NCBI GenBank assembly: GCA_963778655.1
Contig: CAVZVA010000010.1
Span: forward strand, 352,001-416,000
Source: an uncultured delta proteobacterium
GTDB lineage: Bacteria > Myxococcota_A > Polyangia > Polyangiales > JAFGIB01
Direction of reading: 5' to 3'
DNA length: 64,000 nt
The notes under the pieces are model-generated. The model worked only from the letters and a program-made list of their open reading frames with translations, did not search any database and was not told where the DNA came from. Below are positions 58,980 to 64,000 of this stretch, in pieces (positions within the stretch are counted from its first letter, which is position 1; every line of letters starts with the position of its first letter). The translations under genes were made by a program, and so were the position numbers.

Positions 58980-59744
58980 GTGTCGCTTCCCAGCCCCAAG
59001 CCCGAAAGCCACGATGCGCCCTCACTCGAGGGGCGTGACGTATTGCTCGTCGACGACGACCCAGTCTTGTTGCGCACTTGGTCGCGCACACTGACCCGGC
59101 GCGGGATGAGCGTGCGGGCGGTCTCCAGGATTTCGGATGCGCGGCGCGTGATCGCAGGCTGGAGCCGCCGCGCCTTCGACTACGCACTGATCGATGATCG
59201 CCTGCCGGACGGATTCGGGCTCGATCTGGTGCCGGCGCTGGTCGAGCTGCGGCCCTTGCCCGGCTTCGCGGTCATCAGCGCCCTGCCCAGCACCGAGCGC
59301 GCGCTGCGCGCCTGGCAGCGCTCGGTGGTGATCGTGCCGAAACCGGCCTCGCCCTCGGGTCTGATCGAGCTGCTCGGGTTCCTCGACTCGCGCCGGCGCA
59401 AGACGCGCAAGCGTCGTTACAAGGCGCAGGCCCGGGTGGTCGAGGCGGTCCGCTTCGGGCGCTTCGTGCTCGACGCCGACGGGCTGCTCGGCCCGCACGG
59501 GCGCACCCACCTGACCGCCGTCGGGCGCGGGTTGCTGGCGCTGCTGGCCGAGCACCGCGGCGCGTGGGTGCCGACCCCGCAGCTCGCGCGCGACTTCTAC
59601 GAGCTGGAAGGCGCGCACGGCGAGATGCTGGTGCGGCGGCAGGTCTCGCTGCTGCGCCGCGCGCTCGGCGACGAGCACTGGATCGTCGAGAGCGCCCTGC
59701 AGCGCGGCTACCGCGTCGCGCCCGAAGCGCTGGATTCGGACTAG
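58980..59744 (+). CDS. Orphan response regulator (REC plus OmpR/PhoB-like winged helix)
   Basis: VLLVDDD, acceptor in LIDDRLPDG, conserved S and KP, C-terminal VSLLRRAL...RGYRV. Confidence 0.85.
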   Translation: MSLPSPKPESHDAPSLEGRDVLLVDDDPVLLRTWSRTLTRRGMSVRAVSRISDARRVIAGWSRRAFDYALIDDRLPDGFGLDLVPALVELRPLPGFAVISALPSTERALRAWQRSVVIVPKPASPSGLIELLGFLDSRRRKTRKRRYKAQARVVEAVRFGRFVLDADGLLGPHGRTHLTAVGRGLLALLAEHRGAWVPTPQLARDFYELEGAHGEMLVRRQVSLLRRALGDEHWIVESALQRGYRVAPEALDSD

Positions 59745-59815
59745 CGGTTCGCAAGCTCGATCAGGGTTCATTGGCGCATGCCGCGACGCGGGAGCGTGGC
59801 GCCAGCCGCGCGCAG

Positions 59816-61210
59816 CTACTTCACCCCGTGGCGGGTCGCGAGCTTGTGCAGGTACTTGCGGTCCATGCCGGCCTCGCGCGCCGCCGCCGAGACGTTGCCG
59901 GCGTGACGGCCGAGCAGCCAGCGCACGTAGCGGCGCTCGAACTCGGCTTCGAAACGCGCGCGGTTCTCGCGGTAGCTCTGGGACGGGTCGAGATCGGGGC
60001 CGGCGGCCGGCGCCGAGCCCTGCGCCGCCGGTGGTGGCGTGCTGGGCGCCGGCGTGCCGAGCGCGAGCGAAACTCCGAGCGGCGCGAGCCCCACCTCTTG
60101 GCCCTCGGCGCCCTGCTGCAGCAGCGCCGCGCGCTCGAGCACGTTGCGCAACTCGCGCACGTTGCCCGGCCAGTCGTGGGCCGCCAGCGCCTGCAGCGCC
60201 TCGGCGCCGAGCTGCAGCGCGGGCGCACGCGGATCGTGCTCGGCGCAGATGCGCGCGAGCAGATGCGGCGCCAGCAGCCCGATGTCGCCGCGCCGCGCGC
60301 GCAGCGGCGGCAGGTGCAAGGGCACCACCGCGAGGCGAAAGTACAGGTCCTTGCGAAATTTGCCGCGCTCGACCTCGAGCAGCAGGTTGCGGTTGCTGGC
60401 GGCGATCACGCGCAGGTCGACCGGAATCTCGCTGCCGCCGCCGACGCGGCGAATGCGCCGCGTCTCCAGCGCGCGTAGCAGCGTCGGCTGCAGCGAGAGC
60501 GGCAGCTCGCCCACCTCGTCGAGAAAAAGCGTGCCGCGCTGGGCCAGCTCGAACGCGCCCTGCCTGCGCTCGACCGCCCCGGTGAAGGCGCCCTTCTCAT
60601 GGCCGAACAGCTCGCTCTCGATCAGCGAGCCCACCAGCGCACCGCAGTCGACCGCGACGAAGGGACCGGCGCTGCGCTTGCTCGCGGCGTGCACCGAGCG
60701 CGCCAGCACGTCCTTGCCGGTGCCGGTCTCGCCGCCGATCAGCAGCGTGGCGTCGGTCGCCGCAACGCGCTCGAGCAGGCCGAAGATCTCACGCATCGCG
60801 GGATCTTCGCCCACCAGCTCGCCGAAGCGGTCGCGCGCGCTGGGGGTGAGCTCGATGCGCTCGGCGTAGGTGCGCACCTGCAGCTCGATGCGGCCGACCG
60901 TGATCAGCACCCCCGGACGCAGATAGCCCTCGCGCACCTCGGCGCCCTCGAGCAGCGTGCCGTTGGTCGAACCGAGATCGCGCAGCAGAAAGCCCTTGTC
61001 GTCGCGCACGATCTCGCAGTGCTCGCGGCTGACCGTGGTGTCGGTCAGCACCAGGTCGTTGTCGGGGTTCTTGCCGATGCGCAGCAGGTCGCCCTCGAGC
61101 ACGCGCTGCTCGCCCTTCTGCTCGCCGCTGACCACCAGTAGCGCGCAGCGCGAGAGCGTCAGCGCGCGACCCGGACCGCGGCTCTCGTGGGCCTGGGTCA
61201 CCGAGCTCAC
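59816..61210 (-). CDS. FHA-domain sigma54-dependent enhancer-binding protein
   Basis: FHA (IGK..DN...VSREH...DLGSTNGT), [32 protein letters not shown], Fis-type HTH. GTG 61210 overlaps the upstream stop as GTGA. Confidence 0.93.
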   Translation of the reverse strand: MSSVTQAHESRGPGRALTLSRCALLVVSGEQKGEQRVLEGDLLRIGKNPDNDLVLTDTTVSREHCEIVRDDKGFLLRDLGSTNGTLLEGAEVREGYLRPGVLITVGRIELQVRTYAERIELTPSARDRFGELVGEDPAMREIFGLLERVAATDATLLIGGETGTGKDVLARSVHAASKRSAGPFVAVDCGALVGSLIESELFGHEKGAFTGAVERRQGAFELAQRGTLFLDEVGELPLSLQPTLLRALETRRIRRVGGGSEIPVDLRVIAASNRNLLLEVERGKFRKDLYFRLAVVPLHLPPLRARRGDIGLLAPHLLARICAEHDPRAPALQLGAEALQALAAHDWPGNVRELRNVLERAALLQQGAEGQEVGLAPLGVSLALGTPAPSTPPPAAQGSAPAAGPDLDPSQSYRENRARFEAEFERRYVRWLLGRHAGNVSAAAREAGMDRKYLHKLATRHGVK

Positions 61211-61620
61211 GACGGGCTCTCCGGATGGCCGCGCGATTCGGGTCCGAGCGCGATCCGCACCACGCCCGAGGCCGGCGTGTGCAGAGTGCGCGTGAAACGT
61301 CGGGCGGCGCCCCCGCGCGAGCGCAGCTCGAGCTGCAGCTCGAGCTCGCCAGGCGGCAGGCTCACGCTGTGGTGGACGATCGCGGGGGCGCCTTGCGGGA
61401 AGGCGAAGCTCACCCCGTGCAGCTCCTCGCCGTGGTCGAGGTAAGCCACGCGCAGCTCCACCACCTGAGCGTGGTCGGGACCCAGCTGGAACTCGAGCTC
61501 GGTCTGCCGCGGCCAGTGCGGCCACAGATCGCGCACCACGAAGATCAAGCCGAGCCCCAGCACCAGCCGGGCCAGCCGGCGCCGGTGGCGCAGAAACAGC
61601 CCCGAGAGCACTTGCATCAC
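61207..61620 (-). CDS. Hypothetical membrane-anchored beta-rich protein coupled to the EBP
   Basis: RHRRRLARLVLGLGLIFVV anchor, then beta-strand pattern; TATGCT lies 6 nt before GTG 61620, suggesting a leaderless transcript. Confidence 0.7.
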   Translation of the reverse strand: MMQVLSGLFLRHRRRLARLVLGLGLIFVVRDLWPHWPRQTELEFQLGPDHAQVVELRVAYLDHGEELHGVSFAFPQGAPAIVHHSVSLPPGELELQLELRSRGGAARRFTRTLHTPASGVVRIALGPESRGHPESPS

Positions 61621-61793
61621 CGCAAGAGCATACACCCGCGCGCAACCCGTGGCGGCGCAACGGGAATCGGGCGAACCACGGCTCCGGCCGCGGATGCGGC
61701 CTTTTGCCGGATTTTCGCGCGGCCTGTCGTGCTCTTGACCGGCGGGCGCGGGGCTGGTTGTGTTGTGGGGCTCGCGCCTTCGCTTTGCCCAAG

Positions 61794-61822
61794 TTGTTAC
61801 TGACACCGCGCGGTGTTAAGTT
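61794..61822 (+). promoter_or_regulatory. Predicted rel promoter with a palindrome in its spacer
   Basis: TTGTTA-N17-TAAGTT with extended TG; TGACACCGCGCGGTGTTA at 61801-61818. Confidence 0.5.
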
Positions 61823-61852
61823 GACCGTTAGGGCTGTAGTGGCTGATTTTCG

Positions 61853-64000
61853 ATGGTTCCTCTCACCGAGATTCTCGACAAGGTCAGAACCTACTACGAG
61901 CACGCCGACACGGAGCTGATCAACCGCGCCTACGTGTACTCGGCGCGGATGCACCAGGGCCAGCTGCGTCGCTCGGGCGACCCCTACTTCATCCACCCGG
62001 TCAGCGTCGCAGACATCATCGCGCAGCTGCACCTGGACACGGCCAGCATCTGCGCGGCCCTGCTCCACGACGTGATCGAGGACACCCAGATCACGCCCGA
62101 GGAGCTGAGCCGCGAGTTCGGCAAAGAGATCACGTTCCTGGTCGAGGGCGTGACCAAGCTCGGCAAGGTCAACTTCGGCTCCCGCGAGGACCGCGAGGCC
62201 GAGAGCTTCCGCAAGATGCTGCTGGCGATGTCGCGCGACATTCGCGTGCTGCTGGTCAAGCTCGCCGACCGGCTCGACAACATGCGCACGCTCCACTACA
62301 TGACGGTCGAGGCGCAGGAGCGAATCGCGCGCGAGACGCTCGACGTGTACGCGCCGCTGGCCGGCCGCCTCGGCATCCAGTGGATCAAAGACGAGCTCGA
62401 GGACTTAGCTTTCAAGTACCTCTACCCGGAAGCCTACGCCCAGCTCGCGCGCAAGCTGGAGAAGGCCAGCCGCGACTCCGGCAAGTACATCGAACGCGTG
62501 GTGCGGCAGCTCAGACAACTGATGACCGAGGCGGGCGTGACCGAGGTCGAGCTCAACGGCCGGCTCAAGCACCTGTTCTCGATCTACCGCAAGATGCGCC
62601 AACAGAAGTGCGACTTCGAGCGCGTCCACGACCTGATGGCGTTTCGCGTGGTCGTGCCGCGTCTCTCCGACTGCTATGGCGTGCTGGGCTTGGTCCACTC
62701 TCATTGGACGCCGGTGCCGGGGCGCTTCAAGGATTACATCGCGCTGCCCAAGAGCAACATGTACCAGTCACTCCACACCACGGTGATCGGCCCGGAGCAC
62801 CGGCGCATCGAGATCCAGATCCGTACCGAGGACATGCATCGCACGGCCGAGATGGGCATCGCCGCCCACTGGAATTACAAGGAAGGCGGCGCGCTCGGCG
62901 AAGGCGACGCGGGCCGTTTCCGCTGGCTGCGCGAGCTGATGGAGTACCAGAAGGACGTCAAGGACCCCGAGGAGTTCTTCGATGGCATCAAGGTCGATCT
63001 GTTTGCCGACGAGGTCTACGTCTTCACCCCGAAGGGCGACGTGCGGGTCTTTCCGCGGGGCTCGACCCCGGTGGATTTCGCGTACGCGATCCACTCCGAG
63101 ATCGGCGACCACTGCACCGGCGCGCGCATCAACGGCTCGCTGGTTCCGCTGCGCTACAAGCTGCACAACGGCGACACGGTCGAGATCCTCACCACGCAGT
63201 CGCAGCAGCCGACCAAGGATTGGCTGTCGTTCGTGCGCACCGCACGCGCGCGCGTGCGCATCCGCGCCCACATCCGCAGCGATGAGCGCCAGCGCAGCCT
63301 GCAGCTCGGCCGCGACCTGGTGGAACGCCAGCTCCATCGCCGCGACCTCTCGTACAACCGCCTGATGAAGAGCGGCGAGGTCGAGCGCGCGGCCAAGACG
63401 CTCCATCTGTCGGGTCCCGACGAGCTGTTCCAGCAGGTCGGATACGGCCACGTCAGCCCCACCCAGGTGCTCGACGCCATCCTCCCGACCGAGAACCCCG
63501 ACGCCGAGAAGTCGCTCAAGCCCGGGCTACTCGAGAAGACCGTGCGCAAGGTCACGGGCAAAGACGGCAAGGACGGCATCGTCATCGGCGGCGTCAACGA
63601 CGTGCTGGTGCGTTTTGCCAAGTGCTGTAGCCCGCTGCCCGGCGATCCGGTGACGGGCTGGATCACGCGTGGCCGCGGGGTGACCGTGCACCGGCGCGGC
63701 TGCAAGCGCGCGCTCGAGCTCGAACCCGAGCGCCGCGTCGAGTGCCACTGGTCGCGCGATCCCAAGATGGAGCTGCCGGTGGCGATCCGCGTGGTCACCG
63801 CCGATCGGCCCGGCATCCTCGCCAGCCTGTCGCGCCAGTTCAACGAAAGCGGCGTCAACATCACCGAAGCCACCTGCCGCGCGTCGGTCGAGGGCCGCGC
63901 GCTCAACACCTTTCAGTTCTCCGTGGGCGATGTCGGCAAGCTGCGTGGGCTGATGCGCAAGCTCTCCAAGGTCGACGGGGTCTACGAGGTCGAGCGGGTC
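61853..64000 (+). CDS. rel: Bifunctional (p)ppGpp synthetase/hydrolase Rel; runs off the window and is missing from the ORF track
   Basis: Hand translation: MVPLTEILDKV...HQGQLRRSGDPYFIHP, LLHDVIEDT (intact HD), VKLADRLDNMRTL, RFKDYIALPKSNMYQSLHTT, TGS VFTPKGD, AKCCSPLPGD, ACT DRPGILA; open to the last base. Confidence 0.96.
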   Translation, partial: MVPLTEILDKVRTYYEHADTELINRAYVYSARMHQGQLRRSGDPYFIHPVSVADIIAQLHLDTASICAALLHDVIEDTQITPEELSREFGKEITFLVEGVTKLGKVNFGSREDREAESFRKMLLAMSRDIRVLLVKLADRLDNMRTLHYMTVEAQERIARETLDVYAPLAGRLGIQWIKDELEDLAFKYLYPEAYAQLARKLEKASRDSGKYIERVVRQLRQLMTEAGVTEVELNGRLKHLFSIYRKMRQQKCDFERVHDLMAFRVVVPRLSDCYGVLGLVHSHWTPVPGRFKDYIALPKSNMYQSLHTTVIGPEHRRIEIQIRTEDMHRTAEMGIAAHWNYKEGGALGEGDAGRFRWLRELMEYQKDVKDPEEFFDGIKVDLFADEVYVFTPKGDVRVFPRGSTPVDFAYAIHSEIGDHCTGARINGSLVPLRYKLHNGDTVEILTTQSQQPTKDWLSFVRTARARVRIRAHIRSDERQRSLQLGRDLVERQLHRRDLSYNRLMKSGEVERAAKTLHLSGPDELFQQVGYGHVSPTQVLDAILPTENPDAEKSLKPGLLEKTVRKVTGKDGKDGIVIGGVNDVLVRFAKCCSPLPGDPVTGWITRGRGVTVHRRGCKRALELEPERRVECHWSRDPKMELPVAIRVVTADRPGILASLSRQFNESGVNITEATCRASVEGRALNTFQFSVGDVGKLRGLMRKLSKVDGVYEVERV

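Noticed and set aside
61640..61850. Sigma54 promoter for rel driven by the adjacent EBP
   Set aside because: I found no convincing TGGC-type site with GG-N10-GC spacing on the plus strand; a sigma70-type extended -10 fits better.
61211..62296. N-terminal extension of the 826-aa EBP ORF
   Set aside because: It overlaps rel antisense and another gene; the FHA domain begins shortly after GTG 61210.

Overview
This is a very GC-rich, gene-dense chromosomal segment. Its gene content (FHA-domain sigma54 activator, TamB plus a multi-POTRA Omp85 protein, DUF1844, ArnT-like glycosyltransferase, many lipoproteins) suggests a myxobacterium or related deltaproteobacterium; that assignment is inference. 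The left third holds a partial MCP, a pentose-phosphate/acetate operon (ackA, xfp relic, pgl, rpiA, gnd, zwf, tkt, tal-pgi, HAD hydrolase), mscS and glgX-treY-treZ. The middle holds tatBC with coupled membrane genes, a metallophosphoesterase, gyrB, mpl, small proteins, BamA/TamA-TamB and a TlpA. The right part holds two P-type ATPases, lipoproteins, tandem beta-barrel paralogues, a GGDEF protein, a Ycf46-like AAA ATPase, a GT-C glycosyltransferase, a response regulator, an FHA-EBP and rel, which runs off the window. I found no rRNA, tRNA, CRISPR array, transposase, integrase or recognisable defence system, and I cannot point to a clear-cut new multi-gene system. The best unexplained signals are a dispersed REP-like palindrome family (about 8 copies or half-copies), a likely ATT start for mpl, a collapsed phosphoketolase pseudogene, an unannotated 48-aa protein, a candidate anti-Shine-Dalgarno sRNA, a palindrome inside the predicted rel promoter, and a giant P-ATPase with an apparently dead P1B-like N-terminal module. 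All family calls come from motif recognition by eye; no searches were run.
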